This document shows, one piece after another, positions 25,786 through 34,293 of a stretch of DNA of 41,404 nt. The stretch lies in the UHGV virus genome UHGV-1357019; one strand, given 5' to 3'. Every line of letters starts with the position of its first letter. The first letter of the stretch is position 1. Made by a program: the position numbers and the translations under genes. Source of the stretch: a virus. The notes under the pieces were generated by a model, which was given only the letters and a program-made list of their open reading frames with translations, had not been told where the DNA came from and made no database searches.

Positions 25786-28664
25786 TGGAAATTCTCGATA
25801 AAGATGTCTATTTCTTTGATGACAATCAAAAACTCATCAAAGTAGTAGGTGAAGAAAATTTATTCTCGAATATTCAAGAAATGGAAATCACACCAAACAA
25901 AGAAGAATTGATCAATGATAAGTTGTCAGTTAGTACAGAATTTGATGTTGAAATTAAAGATGCAGTTTATATGGCGGTTCGTGAAAGCGAGTCGTCTTTT
26001 TCTATGTACAAAATAGCCGGGATTGCCGATCCGGGTTCATTACTGATTTTTACGGGTGTCAACTTTGGCCCCGATGAACTAGAAGGCTTCATCATCAATG
26101 ATATTCGACCTGCGAATGAGTTCTTTCAAAAAACGATTCAACGAGTCATCGACTATACGTCAGGTGAGTGGCGCGTTGGTTACTTGGATTCAACTCTTCC
26201 TAAAGTATCAATGAATTTTTATTACTGCAGTGTTCGCGAAGCACTGAAAATGCTCCAAACGTTAGGTTGCGAGATTCTTTTTAAATGCAATCTTACTGGT
26301 GAAGGGATCACTGACAAGTGGATTGAAGTTCATCGGCAAATCGGTGAATACAGTAATGAACGATACGATTACGGCGATAAAGCTTTAACAATTGAAAAAG
26401 AAGTCAACCGAAGTAATCTATTTACTTCTTTAATTGGGAGAGGTAAAGGAGAAGAAGTGGGGGACGGTTATGGTCGCCGCATTGAGTTTGATCAAGTCTA
26501 TTGGTCTAAGTCAAAAGGTGATCCGCTCAACAAACCGACAGGTCAAATCAATTTGGAAATTCCTGAAATGACCGCAAAGTACGGTATTCCAACAAAAAAT
26601 GGAAAACGTCGCAAACGAGAAAAAGTAGTCATTTTTGAAGACTGCGAGGAACCGAATGAACTGATTCAGCTCACCTATCAAGAACTGGTGAACTGCTCAA
26701 GACCGCTCGTTCAATTCAAGTCGACTATTTTTGGCGCGGATAAGTTAGGTAATACTATACGGATTCATCGAGAAGATCGCGGCTATCACTATGAAACACG
26801 AATCTTCAGCGTGAAGATTAACCGTTTAACCGGGAAAGTAGATACAGGATTAGGCGACAATTTGAATAATTCTGCTACTCGTCAAGCGTCTAATGTTCAG
26901 AACTCCTTGCAAACTCTGGATGATACTAAAATGACCTTTTATGAATCTACCGAAGTGTCCAAGTTTCAATCTGATATTATCCGCGGTGCAAAAGGCGGAT
27001 CAATTATCATGATGAACCCATCCGATACAGGAAAAGGAACTTCAAGGCAGCCTTATCAGATGGTTTGGATGAATGGCGATTCGATTGCCACTTCTAATCA
27101 TTTTCTTGTTGCGAATTCGGAAGGTATCGGCTTCATTGATGGAAAGTTTAACGAAGCCAATTTCAAGACCGCATGGACCATTGACGGTAATTTCAATGCG
27201 AACTATATCCAGTCAGGGCGTATTAGGGCTGATATTTTTGAAACTTCATTTAATGCTGTGGGTGATCAATTAAAGCTCGTAAAAGGTGCATTGCAGGTCG
27301 TTAACAGTAATAAAAAAATAATGGAGCTAACGAAAAAAGGAATGCAGTTTTGGAGTGGTACCAAAGAAATTGGAACGATCGGAACAACGGACTCTGCCGG
27401 CAATCCATTCCCTGATGCTTCAACGCCAACACCAATTCCTGATAACGCACTGGTAATCCGAACTGAAGGCAGCGGAAAGTACATTTTAATATCACCAAAC
27501 AAAGGCAAAGGATTTATCATGCTCGCAAACGGAACCACTATTCATAACGGTGATATGAATATTCAAGGCAAGTTGCGAGTATTTGGTGATTTAGATGTTC
27601 AAGGCAAACTAACCATCAAAGGTCAGGAAGTGTTTCCTGGTCAGGGTGGTGGTACTGATCCGGGAGGGGGCTGGAACGGAGAATACCCACCAGGAGTAAC
27701 TTCTCAAGCTGACAAGTTTGCTTGGGAACTATGGGTAATCCTTCTGTCTAAAGGGTACTCCAAAGCAGCTGCTGCAGGTATCTTGGGTAACGTTCAAGGT
27801 GAAGCAGGTGTTTCCATGAATCCGGATATTGCTCAAATCGGCGGGCCTGCCTACGGAATTGTCCAATGGGATGGGAGTGCCTATCCACTTGTTGGTTCTC
27901 CTACTTACGATGGCCGGACCTATGTCCAACGTTTAATGGCTGCAGCTGGTATCACAGAGGATTATCGAACAATGGCTGCTCAAGGTAAGTTGTTAGATTG
28001 GACGATGTACAACGGCCAGTGGTTAGGAATCGTTCAACCAACTACTCAAGCAGCATTCAAAGCAATCACTGATCCGTCTCAAGCAGCGTATGCATTTGAA
28101 AGAAACTATGAACGACCAGCAAATACACACCCTGAGCGTCAAGGATGGGCGGTAAATTGGTACAACAAGTTCAAAGATTTGGAAATTTCATCTGGTGGCG
28201 GTGGAAGTATTTTATCTACTGCGAAAAGTTTACTAGGTTATTTTCATTATTCTATGCCATTAAGAACGCAATTTGGTTCTGTTGAAAATCCAGACAGGAA
28301 CGGCTATGCCGATTGTTCTTCGTTCGTTTGGCTGGTTTTAACAAAAGCTGGGTATCGTACGCCACCAGGAGTTGGCTGGTACACAGGTTCCATGACAAGT
28401 GATGCACGTGGTGCTAGAAACTGGCTTACTGAGATTCCTCAAAGCCAAGGAAAAGCCGGAGACGTGTTGATTGTAAACCAAGGTGGCGGAGCTGGATCAA
28501 ATGGACATACTGCGATTCTAGCCGAGGATTGGCACGGCTATACTACATCCATTATCGAGATGGGCGGAATGCAATCTGGCGGTGTCGGAGTAGGACGCGT
28601 AGATATGTCGTTTGGTTGGTTATTAAATGGTGGCGATGTATGTATAGCAAGAGCGAAGAAATAG
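25776..28664 (+). CDS. tail-associated lysin (Tal) with lysozyme-like and NlpC/P60-CHAP-like domains
   Basis: 962 aa after Dit; glycoside-hydrolase-like segment ILGNVQGEAGVSMNPDIAQIGGPAYGIVQWDG; C-terminal Cys/His peptidase segment (YADCSSFVWLV...NGHTAILAED); Gly-rich linkers. Confidence 0.7.
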   Translation: MVVVEILDKDVYFFDDNQKLIKVVGEENLFSNIQEMEITPNKEELINDKLSVSTEFDVEIKDAVYMAVRESESSFSMYKIAGIADPGSLLIFTGVNFGPDELEGFIINDIRPANEFFQKTIQRVIDYTSGEWRVGYLDSTLPKVSMNFYYCSVREALKMLQTLGCEILFKCNLTGEGITDKWIEVHRQIGEYSNERYDYGDKALTIEKEVNRSNLFTSLIGRGKGEEVGDGYGRRIEFDQVYWSKSKGDPLNKPTGQINLEIPEMTAKYGIPTKNGKRRKREKVVIFEDCEEPNELIQLTYQELVNCSRPLVQFKSTIFGADKLGNTIRIHREDRGYHYETRIFSVKINRLTGKVDTGLGDNLNNSATRQASNVQNSLQTLDDTKMTFYESTEVSKFQSDIIRGAKGGSIIMMNPSDTGKGTSRQPYQMVWMNGDSIATSNHFLVANSEGIGFIDGKFNEANFKTAWTIDGNFNANYIQSGRIRADIFETSFNAVGDQLKLVKGALQVVNSNKKIMELTKKGMQFWSGTKEIGTIGTTDSAGNPFPDASTPTPIPDNALVIRTEGSGKYILISPNKGKGFIMLANGTTIHNGDMNIQGKLRVFGDLDVQGKLTIKGQEVFPGQGGGTDPGGGWNGEYPPGVTSQADKFAWELWVILLSKGYSKAAAAGILGNVQGEAGVSMNPDIAQIGGPAYGIVQWDGSAYPLVGSPTYDGRTYVQRLMAAAGITEDYRTMAAQGKLLDWTMYNGQWLGIVQPTTQAAFKAITDPSQAAYAFERNYERPANTHPERQGWAVNWYNKFKDLEISSGGGGSILSTAKSLLGYFHYSMPLRTQFGSVENPDRNGYADCSSFVWLVLTKAGYRTPPGVGWYTGSMTSDARGARNWLTEIPQSQGKAGDVLIVNQGGGAGSNGHTAILAEDWHGYTTSIIEMGGMQSGGVGVGRVDMSFGWLLNGGDVCIARAKK

Positions 28665-28674
28665 AGGTGATTGC

Positions 28675-29181
28675 GTGATAGATAGAAAAGGATTGAATCA
28701 TTTAAAAAGTTTGATGAATCAGCCAGTTGGCAATCATCAATGTTATGCGCTTAGTGCGGAATACGCTGGTGTAATGATCGGACCAGATATGGGAGCTGGT
28801 ACAAAGTATGAAATCAAAGTGAGGTATGGCAATGTTTTTTCTGCTGCTGATATTGGTTCTGCTTACCAATGGCCGCTTTATCTTTGGTCAGTAATCGAAG
28901 AACCCAGCTACGATCAACTAGTAGTCGGAGCGATTATTAATTGGAAGCGCGGAGCAAAGGTAGCTAATTGGTGCGCATCACAAGCTTTTGGGCACACCGG
29001 AGTAATCAGAGGGCTTGAAAATGATCGCGTTCAAACTTATGAACAAAACGCTGAATCAGGAGAGATTGTCGCTGAATACGATAGAGAGTTTTTTGACTCT
29101 GATCAAATCGCATCTATTTGTATCCCGCCTGATTTTGAGAGAGGAGTGATGAATATATGGCAAAATGGAACGTTTCACTAA
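28675..29181 (+). CDS. CHAP-domain protein
   Basis: Cys (NHQCYALSAEYAG) and His (FGHTGVI) in CHAP-like spacing; GTG start after AGAGGTGA. Confidence 0.5.
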   Translation: MIDRKGLNHLKSLMNQPVGNHQCYALSAEYAGVMIGPDMGAGTKYEIKVRYGNVFSAADIGSAYQWPLYLWSVIEEPSYDQLVVGAIINWKRGAKVANWCASQAFGHTGVIRGLENDRVQTYEQNAESGEIVAEYDREFFDSDQIASICIPPDFERGVMNIWQNGTFH

Positions 29182-30032
29182 GCACAACTGATAGCTTCAA
29201 TTATGTTGGCATTATGACGGTTCGAAATGGTAACCGGAATTCGGAAGTCATGGAAGCCTTGATCACTGAGAATGGTAAACCATATGATCTGACAGGATGT
29301 AAAGCCTACTTTGAAGCAATTTTGACTAATGACTCTGCGGTGCAGCGATCAGCAAAAATCATCGATGCGAAGAACGGGAAAGTACAGTACACATTCGATG
29401 AGTATTCAATGCAAGCTATTCATAGGCAAACAGCGAACCTAGTCTTTTACAAAGGTGATGACTTGATTGCTACAACTCAAGACTTCACCTATTTTGTTGT
29501 TCGAGCTGTTTCGAAAACTGAGGCTGAAATGGGTAGTTACTGGCAAACGGTGGAAGATCTTATCGCAGACATGATGGAATACATCAATAGTGGGAAAGGT
29601 GATTTCGATCAGTGGATGAAAGATCGAAAAGATGAGTTCGAAAAATGGCGAGATGCTCAGCAAAACGATTACAACACTTGGTTCGAATCCATTAAGAATA
29701 TCCTAGCCCAAATTGATCCAGGAGGTACAATGCTTCTCGAATTGATGGATGCACGTGTCGATCTACAAGGAGTCCGGCATGAGTCAATTTCAAAACGTTT
29801 AATCGCAGACTTTAATTACTTATACCAAAAACTTAGATCATCGCTTTTTACAATTGAATACGGAGAATTTGAAATGGTCGATATACTGCAAGACGATCTG
29901 TTTTCAAAAAATCATGAGGTAGAGAAGATTGGAACTATTAATAATTCAATCGAAGAAGGTGCATTAGTAATCGCAACCGTTGATGATCCAGTGCAAAATG
30001 TTTTCACCCTTGAGAAAGTCGGGGTGATTTAA
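29157..30032 (+). CDS. baseplate protein (BppU-N-like)
   Basis: N-terminus resembles the BppU N-domain of lactococcal siphophage baseplates; position. Confidence 0.45.
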   Translation: MAKWNVSLSTTDSFNYVGIMTVRNGNRNSEVMEALITENGKPYDLTGCKAYFEAILTNDSAVQRSAKIIDAKNGKVQYTFDEYSMQAIHRQTANLVFYKGDDLIATTQDFTYFVVRAVSKTEAEMGSYWQTVEDLIADMMEYINSGKGDFDQWMKDRKDEFEKWRDAQQNDYNTWFESIKNILAQIDPGGTMLLELMDARVDLQGVRHESISKRLIADFNYLYQKLRSSLFTIEYGEFEMVDILQDDLFSKNHEVEKIGTINNSIEEGALVIATVDDPVQNVFTLEKVGVI

Positions 30033-30034
30033 TA

Positions 30035-30829
30035 ATGGTCAAGTCGAAACGGATGATGGAAACGGATGAACACGGGGTGCAACGGCAGTTTATGCCAATC
30101 ACTCATGCTTCAGCCGTTATCGGGCTTGGAAAAATTATCGCAGGAGAAGCTAAGGTTCTTTCTGTTAATGGAAAAATCGGAGCTGTGATGATCACCAAAT
30201 CGGATTTAGGGTTAGAAAATGCTATTACGGAACTTCCCTATGCGAATGAAACCACAGATGGGATTCTTACTGCTGAAATGTATCAGAAGCTTTTGAACAG
30301 TGGCGAAGGTGACTATGTATTGCCAATTGCGGGGATAGACAAGCTTGGCGGTGTTAAGCTTGGGGATCTTTTAACCATTGACGAAACAGGGAAGCTGTCC
30401 GCCATAAAGCAAACGGACTACAACTTTACTCTTGAAATGAAGCAGAAGCTTGATTTTCTTCAAAATTATTCTGCAGGTCAAAATATCAACATCGATGCAG
30501 ATGGAGTTATCAGTGCAGTGATTGAGCCCGGCCAAGAGTACAATCTGCCAACAGCATCGGCTGAAGAAAAAGGTGGCATTAAGATTGGTAATCGCTTGAG
30601 TATTGATGAAGATGGGACTCTAAGTGCTGATCCACAATTTAACTATACAGCCGGTGCAAATATCAGCATCAGTAACACTGGTGTGATTTCTGCGACTGGC
30701 GGCGGTGAAGGTGGCGGAGTCAGTCAAGATTACGTTGATGAAAAAGCTTCCGAAGCCTATCAAAACGCCAAAGCTTATGCAGACTCTAAGATTCCGAGTA
30801 TGACGTTCGAAAAGGTAGGGGAGGTTTAA
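30035..30829 (+). CDS. tail fibre / receptor-binding module A
   Basis: Internal repeats GG(V/I)K(L/I)G..L(T/S)IDE.G.LSA; ends ...TFEKVGEV. Confidence 0.5.
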   Translation: MVKSKRMMETDEHGVQRQFMPITHASAVIGLGKIIAGEAKVLSVNGKIGAVMITKSDLGLENAITELPYANETTDGILTAEMYQKLLNSGEGDYVLPIAGIDKLGGVKLGDLLTIDETGKLSAIKQTDYNFTLEMKQKLDFLQNYSAGQNINIDADGVISAVIEPGQEYNLPTASAEEKGGIKIGNRLSIDEDGTLSADPQFNYTAGANISISNTGVISATGGGEGGGVSQDYVDEKASEAYQNAKAYADSKIPSMTFEKVGEV

Positions 30830-30833
30830 ATAA

Positions 30834-31193
30834 ATGACAGATATTGTAAAAGTGAAACAGGATGGGGCGCAGGTCTATCCTCAATCACATTGGGAGGCAA
30901 TCGAAGGCAAACCCACATTACTCAAAGGAGATAAAGGTGATCCGGGAAATGCTGCCACAATCACAGTAGGAACCGTAACAAGTGGAACGACTGCTTCAGT
31001 TACCAATGCAGGTACGACTTCAGCTGCAAAATTTAACTTTGTTCTTCCAAAAGGTGATAAGGGCGATCCTGGAACAAATGCTACTACGACTGCTGTTGCG
31101 ACAACTTCAACAAATGGACTGATGTCGGCTGCGGATAAGACTAAGTTAGACGGATTAAACAATATTACATTTGAGAAAGTAGGCGAAGTTTAA
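30834..31193 (+). CDS. collagen-like repeat fibre cassette protein
   Basis: Two GDKGDPG collagen-like triplet blocks; N-terminus MTDIVKVKQDG and C-terminus TFEKVGEV duplicate the junction sequences of the flanking genes. Confidence 0.5.
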   Translation: MTDIVKVKQDGAQVYPQSHWEAIEGKPTLLKGDKGDPGNAATITVGTVTSGTTASVTNAGTTSAAKFNFVLPKGDKGDPGTNATTTAVATTSTNGLMSAADKTKLDGLNNITFEKVGEV

Positions 31194-31687
31194 TGTCGGA
31201 TATTGTACAACTAAAAGAAGATGGCGTTGCAAAATATCTAAAGACACATGCCGATGCGATTGACGGTGTGGATGGTAAATTGGTTAAAGCAACTGGAAAT
31301 GAGACTATTTTAGGAGTAAAAAATTTCCAAGATGGTGTGCAGTCAAAAAGCAAAAATGTTTTGATCCAGAATGGTGAGAAGGTATATGATCACACAAGTG
31401 CCACAGACTCTTCAATCCAGTCTGGGGTAGTACGATTCGTTCGGTACGGCGATATGGTTTTGGTTAACTTTAACTTTCAATGTCGTTCAGCAAATATTAA
31501 CTCAGGTGGCAATCTGATTGGCAATTTAGAAACAGATATTATTCCTGCTTATTCGATTCAGGTTGATGTTACTGAAGATAAAGCATTGACTATTGATGCA
31601 TCAGGTAAAATTACCGCTCTTTGGGGATTAGATGCTAATAAGTATTACGCAGGATCTGCAATGTATTTTGCGAAGAACAAACTTTAG
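31193..31687 (+). CDS. tail fibre distal / receptor-binding module C
   Basis: N-terminus MSDIVQLKEDG homologous to the module-B N-terminus; start overlaps the upstream stop (TAATG). Confidence 0.45.
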   Translation: MSDIVQLKEDGVAKYLKTHADAIDGVDGKLVKATGNETILGVKNFQDGVQSKSKNVLIQNGEKVYDHTSATDSSIQSGVVRFVRYGDMVLVNFNFQCRSANINSGGNLIGNLETDIIPAYSIQVDVTEDKALTIDASGKITALWGLDANKYYAGSAMYFAKNKL

Positions 31688-31698
31688 GGGGATAGACA

Positions 31699-32073
31699 AT
31701 GAAAACAATTTATAAAGTGTTGTATCCATTAGGATATGAGCCGCACGAAGTGGAAGATGGCTTTCCAGTAGTTTTACCTTTTGTTGAAGTTAAACCGCTA
31801 GAAGGACTAAAAAATGTTCAATCTCAATTCTACAATTTTGCAGAGAAGAAATGGGAAGAAGCAGTCACACAAGATTATTCGAAGAAAATTGAATTATTGG
31901 AAAACATTTCTGCTGGGCTTCAAGTTGATAACACTGCTCTAAAAGAATCAAATGCGGTACTAACTGCTAAAACTGATTCGATGGCGCAACTTAATGCCAA
32001 ATTAATGCTGAATGATGTCGCAATCAATAAAGAAATTGAAACGCTAAAAACGCAAATCGGAGGTGCTGAATAA
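31699..32073 (+). CDS. hypothetical coiled-coil protein (fibre-associated)
   Basis: GGGGGA RBS; position before XkdX. Confidence 0.35.
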   Translation: MKTIYKVLYPLGYEPHEVEDGFPVVLPFVEVKPLEGLKNVQSQFYNFAEKKWEEAVTQDYSKKIELLENISAGLQVDNTALKESNAVLTAKTDSMAQLNAKLMLNDVAINKEIETLKTQIGGAE

Positions 32074-32201
32074 TGTTCACTTACACAGACGTTAAGATGA
32101 TGTTTGACTGGGGATGCTTCACAACGAAGCAAGTAAGGGAGTTTGTCCCAGACTGCATTACTGAAGCACAATTTGAGCGAATTACTGGAGAAGCCTTTTA
32201 G
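32073..32201 (+). CDS. XkdX-family small protein (42 aa)
   Basis: MFTYTDVKMMFDWGCFTTKQVREFVPDCITEAQFERITGEAF matches the XkdX pattern W..G..T..QV......IT..Q.E.ITGE; read manually (below track cutoff). Confidence 0.55.
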   Translation: MFTYTDVKMMFDWGCFTTKQVREFVPDCITEAQFERITGEAF

Positions 32202-32212
32202 GCTTATTTTTT

Positions 32213-32245
32213 TAGTCTCGTTTTCGAACGAGACTATTTATTTTA
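32213..32245 (+). terminator. rho-independent terminator
   Basis: AGTCTCGTT-ttcg-AACGAGACT perfect 9-bp stem followed by ATTTATTTT. Confidence 0.6.
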
Positions 32246-32265
32246 TGTAGGAAGGTGGTAGTCAT

Positions 32266-32625
32266 GTGGGGATGGAGTTAGAAGCACAGGTTCAGCAGCA
32301 CGAAGACAGGCTAAAGCAGCATGATAAAGAACTGAGCAGATTAAATGATGTGACCTTAGAAATGCAAAAGACGATGAATGAGGGGCTTGCCCGTGTGGAT
32401 GAATCAAACAGATTCTTGCGAGAGCAAAACACACGTCAATCAGAACAGAATGCTCAAATATTGACAGAAGTTTTAAATCTGAACAAAGAGGAAGAGGAAC
32501 ATCGTCATGAATTAAGGGTTATTGATAAAACAAATATGTGGAAAATGATTCTCGGCATTGGCGGTTCAGCTGGTGTCGTTTTTGCGTTTGTCATGGAATT
32601 AATAAAAATTTTAGGAGGAAGATAA
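32266..32625 (+). CDS. XhlA-like haemolysin/holin-associated protein
   Basis: N-terminal coiled-coil and a single C-terminal TM segment (MWKMILGIGGSAGVVFAFVMELIKIL); sits immediately before the holin as xhlA does in PBSX. Confidence 0.5.
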   Translation: MGMELEAQVQQHEDRLKQHDKELSRLNDVTLEMQKTMNEGLARVDESNRFLREQNTRQSEQNAQILTEVLNLNKEEEEHRHELRVIDKTNMWKMILGIGGSAGVVFAFVMELIKILGGR

Positions 32626-32627
32626 AT

Positions 32628-32897
32628 ATGGATCTGTCATTTATTACCGAGAACTTTGTACCAGTTATTGTCGTTGCTTGCTTAATAGTTGGGTATTTAA
32701 TCAAGGTGACACCGCTATTTAATAAAGTAGCTAATGTTTACATTCCGCTAATCGTTGCTTTGCTCGGTGCGTTGTTAGGGTACTTAATTAATGGCATCAG
32801 CGTTGAGTCAATTGTTTATGGCGCTGTGAGTGGTTTAGCGTCAACAGGGTTACACCAAGTGTTTACAAAATTATTAAACCTAGGAAGGAATGAATAA
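32628..32897 (+). CDS. holin
   Basis: 89 aa with 2-3 TM segments from ATG 32628 after AGGAGGA; immediately upstream of the endolysin. Confidence 0.65.
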   Translation: MDLSFITENFVPVIVVACLIVGYLIKVTPLFNKVANVYIPLIVALLGALLGYLINGISVESIVYGAVSGLASTGLHQVFTKLLNLGRNE

Positions 32898-32898
32898 T

Positions 32899-33014
32899 AT
32901 GGACATGAAAAAAGCGAAAGAAACTTTTGAAAAATCGAATGATAAAAACGTAGGGTTACAACCTCAACCAAAAGAAATTGAAAACGTCAAAGAAGAAAAA
33001 GAGGAGAAAAAATA
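32899..33014 (+). CDS. small hydrophilic protein (38 aa)
   Basis: ATG 32899 after GGAAGGAATGA; KE-rich; lies between the holin and endolysin; read manually. Confidence 0.3.
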
Positions 33015-34028
33015 ATGGCTATTAATATCGAAAAAGGATTATCTGTAGTTCAAAAATTTGTAAATAATTGCTACTACAGCATGTATGGTTCTCGTTATTA
33101 CACAGATGGTACATGCGACTGTTCAGGGTCGGTTTATCGTATTTTGCGTGAATCTGGTGGTTTTAACTATGGATATATTCCTAGCACTGAAACGCTACAT
33201 GACTATCTTCTAAAGCTAGGGTATGAAAAGATCGCAGAAAATACAGACTTTCCAATGCAACGCGGCGATGTAATTATTTGGGGGAAAAAGGGTTATTCTG
33301 CAGGAGCAGGTGGTCATACTGGTGTTGCACTAGATAATCAAAATTGGATTGAATGCACTGGTTGGAAAATGACTACCATTATTGCTAATCACGATCAACG
33401 ATGGGTGATGGCCGGATGTCCTTATTTTTATGCGTACCGTTTAAAAGCTGGAGCATCTAGCTCAACATCGTCCAATACAGCGACAACAACGCCTGCAACT
33501 GGAAATAAAAACGGTATCGCGATTGACAACGTGTCGAAAGATCAAGCGGTTAAAATGGTGCAACGCATTCAAACACGATATGCATGGACTTTATTGCGCG
33601 ATCAAGTAAAACGAGTGTTGCAACCGAACAAGGTTTATACTTTAGTAATCTCGTGTGATTCTAAGTGGAAGTACGAGAACGCTGTAAATCGTTTGAAGCA
33701 GGAACTTAAGACATACTATCCTGGATACATGCAACAGAACATTGCGATTGTTGATGGAGATAAACCCATCATTAAAATTGAGGCTAGGAATCTCAACGAT
33801 GCACAAAGTAAAAAGATGGAAGATCATATGCGCAACTTCCTGAAAGATGTATTGTTGGATAAACAAACGTATGCAGAAGCTAATAGTTACGGCACTTGGG
33901 ATGTACGTGTGAGAGGTGAAGGCTTTAACGATCACGACGCACCAATCGTCTTGAAAGAAATTCAGGAGATGGGTAAAGCGAAAGATGTCAATATTAATCC
34001 AGCACATATAAAAGGATTCAAATACTAA
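33015..34028 (+). CDS. endolysin (N-terminal CHAP/Amidase_5-like Cys-His hydrolase plus C-terminal cell-wall-binding domain)
   Basis: Catalytic Cys (TCDCSGSVYRIL) and His (GGHTGVALD); Ser/Thr linker; C-terminal domain; last gene before attP. Confidence 0.75.
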   Translation: MAINIEKGLSVVQKFVNNCYYSMYGSRYYTDGTCDCSGSVYRILRESGGFNYGYIPSTETLHDYLLKLGYEKIAENTDFPMQRGDVIIWGKKGYSAGAGGHTGVALDNQNWIECTGWKMTTIIANHDQRWVMAGCPYFYAYRLKAGASSSTSSNTATTTPATGNKNGIAIDNVSKDQAVKMVQRIQTRYAWTLLRDQVKRVLQPNKVYTLVISCDSKWKYENAVNRLKQELKTYYPGYMQQNIAIVDGDKPIIKIEARNLNDAQSKKMEDHMRNFLKDVLLDKQTYAEANSYGTWDVRVRGEGFNDHDAPIVLKEIQEMGKAKDVNINPAHIKGFKY

Positions 34029-34030
34029 AA

Positions 34031-34080
34031 GCAAACACCCTCTACAGCCTTAGGTGGTTGTGGAGGGTGTTTTTTGTTTT
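34031..34080 (+). terminator. terminator after the lysis cassette
   Basis: AACACCCTC ... GAGGGTGTT stem followed by TTTTTGTTTTG. Confidence 0.55.
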
Positions 34081-34293
34081 GTTGAATGCCATTTTGAATG
34101 CCATATATCGATTTTTAGGAAAAACTAGGAAAAACAAACATATGGTAAAAATGCTGATTTAATAAGGATTTTTGTCGTTTCTTCATCTAGGAAAAACTAG
34201 GAAAAACCGCATGATGGAGACGGCGGGAGTCGCATAAATGCTTTTGTACCAGCGCTAAAGTCAATTTGAATGCCATTTTGAATGCTATTCATT
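34076..34293. other. attP region with arm-type direct repeats
   Basis: TTGAATGCCATTTTGAATGC at 34082-34101 and 34266-34285; TAGGAAAAACTAGGAAAAAC at 34115-34134 and 34189-34208; immediately adjacent to the integrase gene. Confidence 0.5.

Noticed and set aside
34082-34285. Direct repeats near the integrase considered as a CRISPR-like array
   Set aside because: Only two copies each of 20-bp units, with irregular spacing. This is a classical arm-type site arrangement of attP.
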